DNA of 64,000 nt from assembly GCA_043802925.1 (NCBI GenBank), contig JAZDKP010000285.1, positions 6,248 through 70,247 on the forward strand. The letters run 5' to 3'. Origin of the DNA: Fibrobacterota bacterium. GTDB taxonomy: Bacteria > Fibrobacterota > OXYB2-FULL-49-7 > JAEUSG01. The stretch's first letter is position 1; each line of letters begins with the position of its first letter. The position numbers were made by a program, and so were the translations under genes. The notes under the pieces are model-generated. The model worked only from the letters and a program-made list of their open reading frames with translations, was not told the origin of the DNA and did not search any database. Shown piece by piece: positions 1 to 9,651 of the stretch.

Positions 1-576
1 CTGCACAACCGCCTGCAGGCCACCATGATTTACGTGACCCACGACCAGGTCGAAGCCATGACCCTCGGTGACCGCATCATTATCATGAAAGACGGCCTCA
101 TGCAGCAGAGCGACTCCCCGCTGGCCCTCTACGACCGACCCGTCAACAAATTCGTGGCCAGTTTCATCGGCACTCCGGCCATGAACTTCCTGATCGGCCG
201 CCTCGAAGGCACGGGCAAGGAAAACTGTAAGTTTCTGTTCGGCGACTACCAGATTCCGATTCCCGCAAAGCTGTTCGACAAGGTCGCCTCCTCGCTCAAC
301 AAGGAGGCCTGGTTCGGTATCCGGCCCGAACATGTCTACGACGCAAAATACAAACGCGAAGACGCGCCGGATCTCAACATCATGGGCACCATCGAAGTCA
401 TCGAACGGCTGGGAAACGAAATCCTCATCTATCTCTCCGTGGCCGGTCAAAAGCTTATCCTCAAAGAGGACGCGCACTGCAAGGCCGAGGTCGGCGAAAA
501 AATCAACATCACCTTCAATCTGTCGCTCCTGCACATTTTCAACAAGGAAACCGAAGAAAACCTCGTGGTGAAATGA
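1..576 (+). CDS. Sugar-type ABC transporter ATP-binding subunit (MalK/UgpC/MsmX-like), C-terminal part; 5' end outside window
   Basis: Frame open from nt 1. Translation LHNRLQATMIYVTHDQVEAMTLGDRIIIM shows the D-loop/H-loop region. It is followed by a MalK-type C-terminal regulatory domain (FIGTPAMNF...FGIRPEH). Confidence 0.85.
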   Translation: MHNRLQATMIYVTHDQVEAMTLGDRIIIMKDGLMQQSDSPLALYDRPVNKFVASFIGTPAMNFLIGRLEGTGKENCKFLFGDYQIPIPAKLFDKVASSLNKEAWFGIRPEHVYDAKYKREDAPDLNIMGTIEVIERLGNEILIYLSVAGQKLILKEDAHCKAEVGEKINITFNLSLLHIFNKETEENLVVK

Positions 577-1541
577 AAAAAGCAGCCGGCACCCTGGCTA
601 AGGCCGCCTTCACAGCGGGTGTCATGGCCTGGCTCCTTCACAAATCAGATCTCCACGCCATCGGCCAACAGCTCCGGGAGGCGCACCTTTCCTCCTTCCT
701 GCTGCTGTTCCTGTTTGTGGTCATCGGCAACCTCGGCCAGGTGCTCCGCTGGCAAGCGCTCGTGCAGAACATCGCGGGCCGCGTCTCCTTCTTCCGGCTC
801 CTCCAGTTCCACATGATCGCCATCTTCTTCCAGAGCTTCCTGCCCAGCTCCATGACCGTCGAAATCGTCAAGGGCTGGCTGCTCTCCCGCGTCACGGACG
901 CCAAAAAAGCCTACGGCTCGGTTCTGTTCGGAAAGTTCATGGGCCTCTTCGTGCTCTTTGTCTTCTTCGCGGGGCTCCTCCTCCTCCAGCCCGGGCTCAT
1001 CCTCGGCAAGGGTTACTCCGGCAAGCTGGCGCTGGGCATGGGGCTCTTCCTTTGCATGGCCCTTGTTGTCTTCAGCAAAAAAGTGTCGCGTTTTCTCTTC
1101 GCCCGTTTTGAATGGCTTTCCAATAACCGCTGGTTTCTCAAGGCCAAGGCTTTCCGCGAGGAAATTTACAACTACCGCTACGCCCCGCAGGCCGTGGCCA
1201 AGGCAATCATTTTCTCGGTGATTATTTTCCTCGGGTCCATCATCTCAACCTACTTTTCCTTCCGGGCCGTCAACTTTCCCGTGCCTTTCACGGCCTGCAT
1301 GATCACCATTCCCGTCATCTATGTGCTCATGATGCTGCCCATCAGCATCAACGGCATCGGCCTGCGCGAAGGCCTGCTGCTCCTCTTCCTCAAACCCTGG
1401 AACCTCACCGTCGATGCGCTAATCAGCTCCTCCATCCTCGCCTACGCCGTCATTTATACCCTCTGCCTGCTCGGGGGCCTCGTTTACCTGCTGAGCGGCA
1501 TCAAAGGAGTCCAATTTGGCAAAGAAAAAAAGCCCGCCTGA
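573..1541 (+). CDS. Polytopic membrane protein, UPF0104 / lysylphosphatidylglycerol-synthase-TM (flippase-like) family
   Basis: The start overlaps the upstream stop (ATGA). 322 aa with about 8 hydrophobic segments and N-terminal pattern KAAFTAGVMAWLLHKSDL. Family assignment is by recollection of PF03706-type proteins. Confidence 0.6.
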   Translation: MKKAAGTLAKAAFTAGVMAWLLHKSDLHAIGQQLREAHLSSFLLLFLFVVIGNLGQVLRWQALVQNIAGRVSFFRLLQFHMIAIFFQSFLPSSMTVEIVKGWLLSRVTDAKKAYGSVLFGKFMGLFVLFVFFAGLLLLQPGLILGKGYSGKLALGMGLFLCMALVVFSKKVSRFLFARFEWLSNNRWFLKAKAFREEIYNYRYAPQAVAKAIIFSVIIFLGSIISTYFSFRAVNFPVPFTACMITIPVIYVLMMLPISINGIGLREGLLLLFLKPWNLTVDALISSSILAYAVIYTLCLLGGLVYLLSGIKGVQFGKEKKPA

Positions 1542-3966
1542 CCCGGCCCGCGTAGCGCCCGCGGCCCCGTCCACCTTCGCCTTCCTGACAACAGGAATCT
1601 TCGCGCCCTACGCGCCTTATTGCCTCCTCCTGCTCCTGACGCTCTGCTTTTTTCTGCCCTTTATTTTCTCGCGCGACATGATCTACGGGTCGGACATGGT
1701 CAACGGCATCTACAGCAAAATCTTCTATGCGGACTTCTTCAGCCGTTTTTACACTTTCCCGCGCTGGAACCCGCTCTCGCTTTCGGGCATGCCCACACTG
1801 GACGCCTTTATGGGCGACATGTTCTACCCTTTAGCGTTTCTGAATGTGATGGGCGGCGTTGACAATATGCATAAAGCCCTCGGCTATAAATACGTGGTCT
1901 CGGTTTTCATGGCCGGCTGCTTCATGTTCCTCTTTCTCCGTAAAGGGCTTTCGCTGCGCACCGGGGTCGCGCTCCTCTTCGCCGTGGGCTTTATGTTCAA
2001 CACCGAGTTCACCTCGCACATGTTTCCGGGCCACGACGGTAAAATGTTCGTCATCAGCCTCCTTCCCCTCGCGCTCTTCTCCCTTAAAAGGCTGCTCGAC
2101 ACGCTCGACCTCCGCTTTATCGCGCTCCTCGCCCTGTCCATCGGGCTCATGCTACTTACATCACATGTGCAGACCACCTATTTTACGCTCTGGGGCCTCT
2201 TTTTCTATTTCGTGTTCGAGACCGTGCGGGGGTTCCTGAACGGCCGCGACCGCAAAAAAGCCGCGCTCCGCGCCGGCGCCTTTGCGCTGGCCGTGGGCCT
2301 GGGCCTGGGCTGCGGCATGGTCCAGTTTCTGCCGCCCTATACGTTTACCAAGCAATACTCCGTTCGTGGCGAGGGCGATAAAACAAGCTACGAGCACGCC
2401 ATCTCGTGGTCCATCCATCCCGAAGAGGCGGCTGCGCTCATTGTGCCCGAATTCTGCGGCTTTGCGGACAAGGACCAGGCGTATGAGGGGCCTCGCTACT
2501 GGGGTCGCAACCCCTTCAAACTCAACAACGAATACGCGGGTATCGTGGCCCTCGCCTTTGCCGTCTTCTTCATCGCCCTGTACCGGCGCGAGCGCTTTGT
2601 GCTCTTCTGGGCAGGGCTCGGCCTGTTTGCGCTCGTGTACGCACTGGGCGGCAACACCCCCTTCTTCTACCTGTTCTACGCGCTCCTTCCGGGCGTCAAG
2701 CTCTTCCGCGCGCCCAGCATGATCATGTTCTGGTTCTCCATGGCGCTCTGCGTCATCTCGGCCTGGGGGCTGGATCGCCTGCTCGGGGACATGGCCGCCG
2801 GAAAAACCGACTTTACAAAGCCCGCCAAGCGGCTTTTTATAGCCTTCGGCGTGCTGACCGTGCTCACGCTCGTGGCCGCCGCGGGCCAAAACGCGGTGTA
2901 CGGCTTCTGGAAGGGGCTTGTTTTTTCCGGCATGGGTCCGGACAAGACGCAGGCCTTTAACGCCAACTATCCCTCGTTTGTGCGCGGCAGCCTGTTCGCG
3001 TTTCTCTTTGGCGGCAGCGCACTGATAGGGCTGTGGGCCTTTTTAAAAGGCGCGCTCAAACCCGGCGCATTGATAGGCCTCCTGATGATTATCATGGTTG
3101 CCGACCTTTTCCGCGTGGATTACTACTTTTTCAAACTGGTGGATCCCCTAAACTTTACCGGGCGCAACGAGCCGGCCTTAAACGACCTCGCCCAAAAGGC
3201 TGTGAATGAAAAATTTCGCGTCTTGCCCGTGCCCGGCCACGCGGGCGACAACGAGGCGCAGCTGTACGGGCTTGAAAGCGTGGGAGGCTTCCACGACAAC
3301 GAACTCAAATGGTACCGCGAATTCCGGGGCGGACAGATGTCTGAAAACTTTCTCACACAACTTCAGCAGGGCCGCGTCGAAGGCAACGCCTTTCTCGACC
3401 TGCTGAACGTCCGGTACGTCATTTTCCGGCCCGGCAAAGACAAGGGCCTCGTCTACGCCGAAAACCAAGGCGCCCTGCCGCGCGCCTTTTGCATTTCGCA
3501 ATATGATGTCGTGGACTCCGGCGCAATTCTTTCCCGCCTGCGCGACTCCGCTTTCCCCTACCGCACGCGCCTCCTGCTCACCGAAAAGCCGGGCATTGAC
3601 ATTGCGCAGAACAACACCCTGCCCTGCGGCCGGGTCGAAAAAATCGAATACACCGGCAACCGCCGGGTGTACGAGGCCGACATGCGCGCCCCAGGCCTCC
3701 TTGTCTTTTCCGAAATCTTTCTGCCCTATTGGCAGGCCACTGTCAACGGCGTCCGCACCAAGGTCCTGCGCGCGGACTATGCGCTCATGGCCGTGGCCCT
3801 TCCCGCAGGGAAACAGCGGGTCGAATTCGCCTATGAATCACCGAACATCGCGCGGGGCGCGAAAATCACTTTCGCGTCACTCGCAGTCTGCATTGCCCTG
3901 CTTTGCGCGGGCTTTGCGTTAAAAAGAAGACGCGCACCCGGTGCGGTAGAAAGCGTGAATGGTTAA
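1516..3966 (+). CDS. YfhO-family membrane protein (GT-C-like extracytoplasmic glycosyltransferase candidate)
   Basis: 816 aa with many N-terminal TM segments and a large C-terminal extracytoplasmic domain. It ends with one more TM (ITFASLAVCIALLCAGFAL). The tail motif ADYALMAVALPAGKQRVEFAYESP is typical of YfhO proteins. Confidence 0.6.
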   Translation: MAKKKSPPDPARVAPAAPSTFAFLTTGIFAPYAPYCLLLLLTLCFFLPFIFSRDMIYGSDMVNGIYSKIFYADFFSRFYTFPRWNPLSLSGMPTLDAFMGDMFYPLAFLNVMGGVDNMHKALGYKYVVSVFMAGCFMFLFLRKGLSLRTGVALLFAVGFMFNTEFTSHMFPGHDGKMFVISLLPLALFSLKRLLDTLDLRFIALLALSIGLMLLTSHVQTTYFTLWGLFFYFVFETVRGFLNGRDRKKAALRAGAFALAVGLGLGCGMVQFLPPYTFTKQYSVRGEGDKTSYEHAISWSIHPEEAAALIVPEFCGFADKDQAYEGPRYWGRNPFKLNNEYAGIVALAFAVFFIALYRRERFVLFWAGLGLFALVYALGGNTPFFYLFYALLPGVKLFRAPSMIMFWFSMALCVISAWGLDRLLGDMAAGKTDFTKPAKRLFIAFGVLTVLTLVAAAGQNAVYGFWKGLVFSGMGPDKTQAFNANYPSFVRGSLFAFLFGGSALIGLWAFLKGALKPGALIGLLMIIMVADLFRVDYYFFKLVDPLNFTGRNEPALNDLAQKAVNEKFRVLPVPGHAGDNEAQLYGLESVGGFHDNELKWYREFRGGQMSENFLTQLQQGRVEGNAFLDLLNVRYVIFRPGKDKGLVYAENQGALPRAFCISQYDVVDSGAILSRLRDSAFPYRTRLLLTEKPGIDIAQNNTLPCGRVEKIEYTGNRRVYEADMRAPGLLVFSEIFLPYWQATVNGVRTKVLRADYALMAVALPAGKQRVEFAYESPNIARGAKITFASLAVCIALLCAGFALKRRRAPGAVESVNG

Positions 3967-4846
3967 AAAAAAAGTCCTGGTTACGGGCCTCTGGGGCCTG
4001 CTCGGGCAAAACCTTCTTCAGGCGCTCAAAGGCGGATACGAAGTCACGGGACTCGACATCGCGCCCGCGCCGCCCGCGCTCGCGGGATCCGTACCCTGCC
4101 ATGCCGTGGACATCACGGATAAGAACGCGCTCGCCCTGTTCTTCAAGGAATACCGGCCCGACATCCTCATCAACACCGCGGCCATGACCAACGTGGACGG
4201 TTGTGAAAAGGAGAAGGAACAGGCGGACGCGGTGAACCACGGCGCGGTGCGCAACCTGCTTGCTGCCTGCGGCCCAATCGAACGCTTTGTCCAGATTTCC
4301 ACGGACTATGTCTTTGACGGCAAAAACGGCCCCTATGCGGACAACGCCGCGCCCAATCCCATCAGCGAATACGGCCGGAGCAAGCTTGCGGCCGAACAGG
4401 CCGTGCAGGCCTCGGGAAAAAGTTTCCTCATCGTGCGAACCATGGTCCTCTGGGGCAGCGGGCACGGCCTCAAACCTGACTTTCCATCCTGGGTTAAAAA
4501 CTCGCTTGCCGAAGGACAGACCATTCGTGTGGTGACCGACCAGGTCGGCAACATCACCCTTGCGGCCAACCTGTCGCAGAACATCCGCGCCTGTCTACAA
4601 GCCGGGACCATGGGTACCCTCGCGCTCACAGGGGCGGACATTCTCGACCGCCATACCATCGCCTGTTGTGTCGCGGACCACTACGGGCTGGACCGCCGGC
4701 GAATTCTACCCATCCGCACCGCGGACCTTCACCAGCCCGCGCCGCGGCCGTTGAACTCCGGGTTCACACTCAACCGCGCGCGGACCCTTCCCGGCGTCAG
4801 GTTTCTCACATTCGATGAACAATTAAAGGAAACGGACCATGGATAA
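3959..4846 (+). CDS. dTDP-4-dehydrorhamnose reductase-like SDR (RmlD substrate-binding family)
   Basis: N-terminal Rossmann motif VLVTGLWGLLG. ISTDYVFDG and EYGRSKLAAE (YxxxK) are characteristic of RmlD. Confidence 0.75.
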   Translation: MVKKKVLVTGLWGLLGQNLLQALKGGYEVTGLDIAPAPPALAGSVPCHAVDITDKNALALFFKEYRPDILINTAAMTNVDGCEKEKEQADAVNHGAVRNLLAACGPIERFVQISTDYVFDGKNGPYADNAAPNPISEYGRSKLAAEQAVQASGKSFLIVRTMVLWGSGHGLKPDFPSWVKNSLAEGQTIRVVTDQVGNITLAANLSQNIRACLQAGTMGTLALTGADILDRHTIACCVADHYGLDRRRILPIRTADLHQPAPRPLNSGFTLNRARTLPGVRFLTFDEQLKETDHG

Positions 4847-5555
4847 AAAAGCGCTCATCTGCCTGCCCACGTACAATGAAAAGGAAAACCTCGAGAAGAT
4901 CACGGCAAAGATATGGTCGGTCGTGCCGTTGCTGCACATCCTTGTCATTGACGACAATTCGCCGGATGGTACCGGCCAGATAGCCGAACAGATTAAACTC
5001 CGCCACCCGGAGAACCTGCATGTGCTGCACCGGCCGGGCAAGGCGGGCCTGGGCCGAGCCTATCTTGACGGGTTCCGCTGGGCCCTCGAACACGGGTATG
5101 ATTATATCTTTGAAATGGACGCAGACTTCTCGCACAACCCCGACTACCTGCCCGAGTTCCTCAAGGTCATTGATGACAACGACCTCGTGGTAGGCTCGCG
5201 CTACCTGACCGGCATCAATGTCATCAACTGGCCCATGTCGCGTCTCCTGCTGTCATGGTCCGCGAGCCAGTTCGTGCGCATTATCATCGGCCTGCCCTTC
5301 ACGGACGCCACGGGCGGCTTCAAATGCTTCCGCCGCACCACCCTTGAGGCGCTCGATTTCTCAAAGATAAGCTCCAGCGGCTACTCCTTCCAGATTGAAC
5401 TGAACTACCTGGTCTGGAAAAAAGGGTTGAAAATCAGGGAAATCCCCATTATTTTTGTTGACCGCATGCACGGCACATCCAAAATGTCCACGGGGATCGT
5501 CAAAGAGGCACTGCTGCTGATATGGAAACTCCGGCTGAAAAGTCTGTTCCGCTGA
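4839..5555 (+). CDS. Polyprenol-phosphate glycosyltransferase, GT2 (Dpm1/GtrB/CsbB-like)
   Basis: CLPTYNEKENL, LVIDDNSPDGT and EMDADFSHNP motifs of dolichyl/polyprenyl-phosphate mannose synthase-type GT2 enzymes. 238 aa. Confidence 0.85.
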   Translation: MDKKALICLPTYNEKENLEKITAKIWSVVPLLHILVIDDNSPDGTGQIAEQIKLRHPENLHVLHRPGKAGLGRAYLDGFRWALEHGYDYIFEMDADFSHNPDYLPEFLKVIDDNDLVVGSRYLTGINVINWPMSRLLLSWSASQFVRIIIGLPFTDATGGFKCFRRTTLEALDFSKISSSGYSFQIELNYLVWKKGLKIREIPIIFVDRMHGTSKMSTGIVKEALLLIWKLRLKSLFR

Positions 5556-7174
5556 CCGCCTCCGGGCCGGACACTTCCGAAGTCCGGCTCTCCGTGGTTA
5601 TCGTGAGCTACAACGTCTCGGGCTATCTCAACCACTGCCTGGACTCCGTGTTCCACGCCTGCCAGGGCTTTACGCACGAGGTGATTGTGGTGGACAACGC
5701 GTCCACGGACAACACGCTCGACATGATCCGGGAAAAATACCCGGCCGTGCGGCTTGTCGAAAACCCGCAGAACGTCGGCTACTCGCGCGCCAACAACCAG
5801 GGCATCCTCATTGCACGGGGCCGCTACATCCTCCTGCTCAACCCCGACACCATCGTGCCTTCGCAAGCCTTCCGCCTGTCCATGGGCTATCTCGACACCC
5901 ATCCCGAAACCGGCCTCATGAGCCTCAAAATCGTGAACGCGGACGGCTCCTTCCAGCCGGCCTGCCGCCGCGGCTTTCCCACGCCCATGACCGCCTTCTA
6001 CCGGATGGTCGGGCTGTCAGGCCTGTTTCCAAAAAGCGCCCGCTTTGGCCGCTACAACCTCACCTTCCTCGACGAGAACGCCGAAAGCGAGGTCGACGCG
6101 GTCTGCGGCGCCTACATGATGGCGCGGGGCGACATCCTGAAAAAGACGGGCGGCTTCGACGAAAAGTTCTTCATGTACGGCGAGGACATCGACCTCTGCT
6201 TCCGCGTCAAGACCGCGGGTTACGGGGTCGCCTACTTCCCGGCCTGCGAGGTCATCCATTTCAAGGGCGAAAGCTCGCGGAAAAACCGCCTCCAGAGCGC
6301 CGCGCATTTCTACAATTCCATGTTCATCTTCACGAACAAGTATTTCGGCCAGCGCATGGGGTTTTTCCCAAAAAGCGTCCTGTTCCTGGGCATCTTCCTG
6401 AACGCCTTTGTCAAGCTCGCCGCGGATTGGACCTTCAAGGGCGCGGCCGGACTCCTTGACGCCGCTATTTTGAACGCCGCGCTCGCAATGGCGCTCATCC
6501 TCAAGTTCGGGGGGCCGCCCAATTTCTACGCCTTCACCGAACCCCGCTGGATTTTGCTCCTTCACGCAAGCCTGACCGGGTCCTTCCTGGTCACGCTCAC
6601 GGTCCATGGCGTCTATACAAGCGCGGGCCGTCCTTTCCGCGAGCACGCCAAGGCAATCCTCATCGCCTCGGTCCTGTTCTTCGCCTTTGTTTATTTCATC
6701 CCCAATGTCCGCTTCTCGCGCCTCGCCTTCCTTGGCACCGGCGTCGCGGCCCTCGTGCTGCTGCCCGGCTGGCGCTTTGCGCTCCGGCCCCTGGCCCTGC
6801 TGCTGCGCACCCCGCTCGCGGTGCGGCGCCGTTTTGTCATTCTCGGCACCGGCCCTGCGGCGCAGCGGGTCTTTGAAAAGCTCTGCCAGGACGATGCGCA
6901 GAAAAAGGCCTTTTTAGGTTTTTTAAACTACGGTTCAGAGACGTCCGGGGTGGATCCCGCCCGGATCCTGGACAGGGTGGAAAACCTTCAGGCCGTGGTA
7001 AAGTCGCGGAAGGTGAACGAAGTCATCATCGCGGAAAACGGGTCCGCGGGAACAATCGCACTCGTCAACTACTGCACCAAGAACAACATCAGCCTCAAAA
7101 TGGTGCAGTCCATCCACGGCCAGGACAAGTACTACCTGCTGGACGTGAAAATGTCCGAACACGTGATATTGTAA
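5522..7174 (+). CDS. GT2 glycosyltransferase fused to a multi-TM region and a C-terminal Rossmann-like domain
   Basis: N-terminal SVVIVSYNVSGYL...VVDNASTDNT...NVGYSRANNQG...LLNPD...GEDIDLC (GT2 rhamnosyltransferase-like). Then hydrophobic segments. The C-terminal RRFVILGTGPAAQRVFEKL resembles the N-terminal CoA-binding-like module of WcaJ-type sugar transferases. Confidence 0.7.
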   Translation: METPAEKSVPLTASGPDTSEVRLSVVIVSYNVSGYLNHCLDSVFHACQGFTHEVIVVDNASTDNTLDMIREKYPAVRLVENPQNVGYSRANNQGILIARGRYILLLNPDTIVPSQAFRLSMGYLDTHPETGLMSLKIVNADGSFQPACRRGFPTPMTAFYRMVGLSGLFPKSARFGRYNLTFLDENAESEVDAVCGAYMMARGDILKKTGGFDEKFFMYGEDIDLCFRVKTAGYGVAYFPACEVIHFKGESSRKNRLQSAAHFYNSMFIFTNKYFGQRMGFFPKSVLFLGIFLNAFVKLAADWTFKGAAGLLDAAILNAALAMALILKFGGPPNFYAFTEPRWILLLHASLTGSFLVTLTVHGVYTSAGRPFREHAKAILIASVLFFAFVYFIPNVRFSRLAFLGTGVAALVLLPGWRFALRPLALLLRTPLAVRRRFVILGTGPAAQRVFEKLCQDDAQKKAFLGFLNYGSETSGVDPARILDRVENLQAVVKSRKVNEVIIAENGSAGTIALVNYCTKNNISLKMVQSIHGQDKYYLLDVKMSEHVIL

Positions 7175-7197
7175 ATCTTCTACCTCTGTTTCTATTC

Positions 7198-7352
7198 AAC
7201 TCACCCCCTTTCCCCCCTCTCTCGCAGAGAGAGGGGGCCTGGATTTGAAACATTTGAAACAAACGATTCAAAACATTCGTTATTGTTATGTTTTATTGCT
7301 TTATCAAAAGCCCCCCTCTCTCTGCGAGAGAGGGGGGAAAGGGGGGTGAGTT
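7198..7352. repeat. MITE-like composite: 41/43-nt terminal inverted repeats (each with its own internal hairpin) around a 71-nt AT-rich core
   Basis: Left arm 7198-7238 is AACTCACCCCCTTTCCCCCCTCTCTCGCAGAGAGAGGGGGC. The reverse complement of 7310-7352 is identical except for two 1-nt homopolymer length differences. It lies between convergent genes, and the right arm touches the srkA stop codon. Confidence 0.7.
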
Positions 7353-8319
7353 ACTCCGGCTGCAGCGCGTCCAGGATGTTGGCGTACTGCACGGAGAGAT
7401 CGTGGATCTCCCGCAGCCAGAAAGCGTCCGTGCCCCATTCGGGAAATCGGGCCTGGAACTGGAAATCGTCCCGCTGCATGTTGCACCAGGCCGCGAAATA
7501 GATGATCCGCATGGCGCGGAGCCCTTCAATAAGCAGCGCGGAACGCGGGGAGACCTCCCGAAACTGCCGGTAGCCGACGAGAAGCCTGTCAAGGAGGGGC
7601 GCACAGGCCGGATAGTGGTCGGGCAGAAGAAGCCAGAAGTCCTGCACAGCCGGCCCGTTCATCATGTCGTCAAAATCGATGATCATCAACCCTTCGCCCG
7701 GGCGTTCGATGATGTTGCCGGAATGAAAGTCGCCGTGGATCCGGATGCGATCCATGCCTTCAAACAAGGGCGTCACAACGTCAATAATGCGTTGGCAGAT
7801 GTCGCTGAAAGCCTGGCGCCGGTTCGCGGTCACCCCCTCCTTCACAAGCTGCTCCGCGTATTTTACCGTGGTCTCCTGCGGGGTCAGGACGAGGCGGGCG
7901 GGCGCAGCCATTTTCTGCCCTGTATTATGAAGGCGTCCCAGCAGCTGGCCGATGCGCAGCCAGCTTTCGTCCCCTTCAATGTCAAACTGCCGTCCCGCCC
8001 GCCTTGGAAAAACCGCGAACGGGATGCCGTCAAAGAGGCCCAACCCTTTTCCGTCCGACAGTTTAAGCGGGCAGACGACCGGAATTTCACTCTCCGCGCA
8101 GTCCGCAAGGAAGTCCTGCTCGTCCTGTAAGGCGGCAAGCGTCCACCGGCCGGGCCGGTAAAACTTGGCGATATAAGGAATTTCGTCCTCGGTCCGCACC
8201 TCGTAGACCCGGTTGATGTAGCTGGGCAGGGGGCGGATAGTGGGCCCAAGACGCACACCAAGTGCCGCCTCCAGCGCGGGCAAAAAGCGGTCAGGGGTGA
8301 GTTCAGTAAAACCGTTCAT
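7351..8319 (-). CDS. srkA: Stress response kinase A (YihE/RdoA family Ser/Thr kinase, aminoglycoside-phosphotransferase fold)
   Basis: 322 aa. PLPSYINRVYEV, IAKFYRPGRW, IHGDFHSGNII and MIIDFDD motifs match the YihE/SrkA family. Confidence 0.8.
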   Translation of the reverse strand: MNGFTELTPDRFLPALEAALGVRLGPTIRPLPSYINRVYEVRTEDEIPYIAKFYRPGRWTLAALQDEQDFLADCAESEIPVVCPLKLSDGKGLGLFDGIPFAVFPRRAGRQFDIEGDESWLRIGQLLGRLHNTGQKMAAPARLVLTPQETTVKYAEQLVKEGVTANRRQAFSDICQRIIDVVTPLFEGMDRIRIHGDFHSGNIIERPGEGLMIIDFDDMMNGPAVQDFWLLLPDHYPACAPLLDRLLVGYRQFREVSPRSALLIEGLRAMRIIYFAAWCNMQRDDFQFQARFPEWGTDAFWLREIHDLSVQYANILDALQPE

Positions 8320-8349
8320 AAAGGGTAAATATAGATTATAAGCATAAGA

Positions 8350-8513
8350 AAACCCATCCCCTGTCCCCTTCCCTTTTTCGAAAAAAGGGAAGGGGCTGAT
8401 TTACAATAAAAGATATAATTTCAATAATTTGACTTCAGATATTTGATCCACGATGAAATAAAAATTTCCCCCTCCCTGCCGTCGCGGGAGGGAGGGGGCA
8501 GGGGGGTGGGTTT
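8350..8513. repeat. Second MITE-like composite: two inverted, diverged C-rich/G-rich hairpin modules around a 69-nt AT-rich core
   Basis: 8350-8395 is AAACCCATCCCCTGTCCCC + hairpin CCCCTTCCCTTTTT/AAAAAGGGAAGGGG. The reverse complement of 8465-8513 starts AAACCCACCCCCTGCCCCC + hairpin CCCCCTCCCT/AGGGAGGGGG. Same architecture as 7198-7352. Confidence 0.6.
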
Positions 8514-8667
8514 CCATTAAATTCACCCATATCACACTAATCAACACGAATGTAATAATTATAAATTTTATAAAATTCAGCGATTAAATCTATATTCCTT
8601 ACCATGGGAATTATTTATTTTATTTGTGCTTCAGTAAGACGCCTAAACCCCATATAAGGAGTTTGAC

Positions 8668-9651
8668 GTGAGCAATTACGAACGATTGACCGCTGCGCCG
8701 ATTCTGGAATTTGAAAAGCCCATCGTGGAGCTGGCCCGCAAGATAGAGGATATGAAGAACTTCACCTCCTCGGAGAACATCGAATTTCAGGATGAAATCG
8801 GCAAGCTGGAGTCCAAGCTCCAACGCGTTAAGAACGACATCTACGAAAAACTCACCTCCTGGAACCGCGTCCAAATGGCCCGCCATCCAAAACGCCCCTT
8901 TACTCTCGATTACGTGGGCGCCCTCATGACCGACTGGGTGGAGCTCCACGGCGACCGCGGCTTTGCCGATGACCAGGCCATGGTCACGGGCATGGCCAAT
9001 TTCAACGGCCGGCCGGTCTACGTCATCGGCCAGCAGAAGGGCAAGGACGTAAAGGAAAACATCCGCCGCAACTTCGGCTGCCCGCACCCCGAAGGCTACC
9101 GCAAGGCCCTCCGGGTCATGAAGCTTGCGGAAAAATTCAACCGCCCGGTTCTCTGCTTCATCGACACCCAGGGTGCCTATCCCGGCATCGGCGCCGAAGA
9201 GCGCGGGCAGGGCGAGGCCATCGCCCGCAACCTGCGCGAAATGTCGGTGCTCAAAGTTCCCATCCTGGTCATCATCATCGGCGAAGGGGCCAGCGGCGGC
9301 GCGCTCGGCATTGGCGTGGGCGACCGCATCCTCATGCTCGAAAACGCCTGGTACTGCGTCATTTCTCCCGAAGGCTGCGCGGCCATCCTCTATGGCGACC
9401 GTGCCAAGGCCCCGGAAATGGCCGAAACCATGCAGCTCACCGCGGACAAGCTCCTCAAACTCGGCCTCATCGACAAAATCGTGCCCGAACCGCAGGAAGG
9501 GGCACATCGCGACCCGGAAACAACCATCCGTACCGTGGGCGACTACCTCGAAGCCGAGCTGGAGGCCCTTTCGGCCGTACCCATCGACGCCCTGGTGGAA
9601 CAGCGCATCCAGAAATATTTCAATATGGGCGTAGTCAAGGAATCCGCATGA
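8668..9651 (+). CDS. accA: Acetyl-CoA carboxylase carboxyltransferase subunit alpha
   Basis: GTG start preceded by AAGGAG. LDFEKPI.EL..KI, RHPKRPFTLDY, DTQGAYPGIGAEERGQGEAIARNL and GEGASGGALGIGVGD are textbook AccA motifs. Confidence 0.95.
   Translation: MSNYERLTAAPILEFEKPIVELARKIEDMKNFTSSENIEFQDEIGKLESKLQRVKNDIYEKLTSWNRVQMARHPKRPFTLDYVGALMTDWVELHGDRGFADDQAMVTGMANFNGRPVYVIGQQKGKDVKENIRRNFGCPHPEGYRKALRVMKLAEKFNRPVLCFIDTQGAYPGIGAEERGQGEAIARNLREMSVLKVPILVIIIGEGASGGALGIGVGDRILMLENAWYCVISPEGCAAILYGDRAKAPEMAETMQLTADKLLKLGLIDKIVPEPQEGAHRDPETTIRTVGDYLEAELEALSAVPIDALVEQRIQKYFNMGVVKESA

Noticed and set aside
7288-8130. 280-aa plus-strand ORF (and 8620-9507, 22262-23395, 42416-43423, 60126-60815, 61035-61637)
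   Set aside because: Each is antisense to a gene with clear family motifs (srkA, accA, radical SAM, FtsX permease/LolA-like, enolase). 7288-8130 also starts inside a repeat element.
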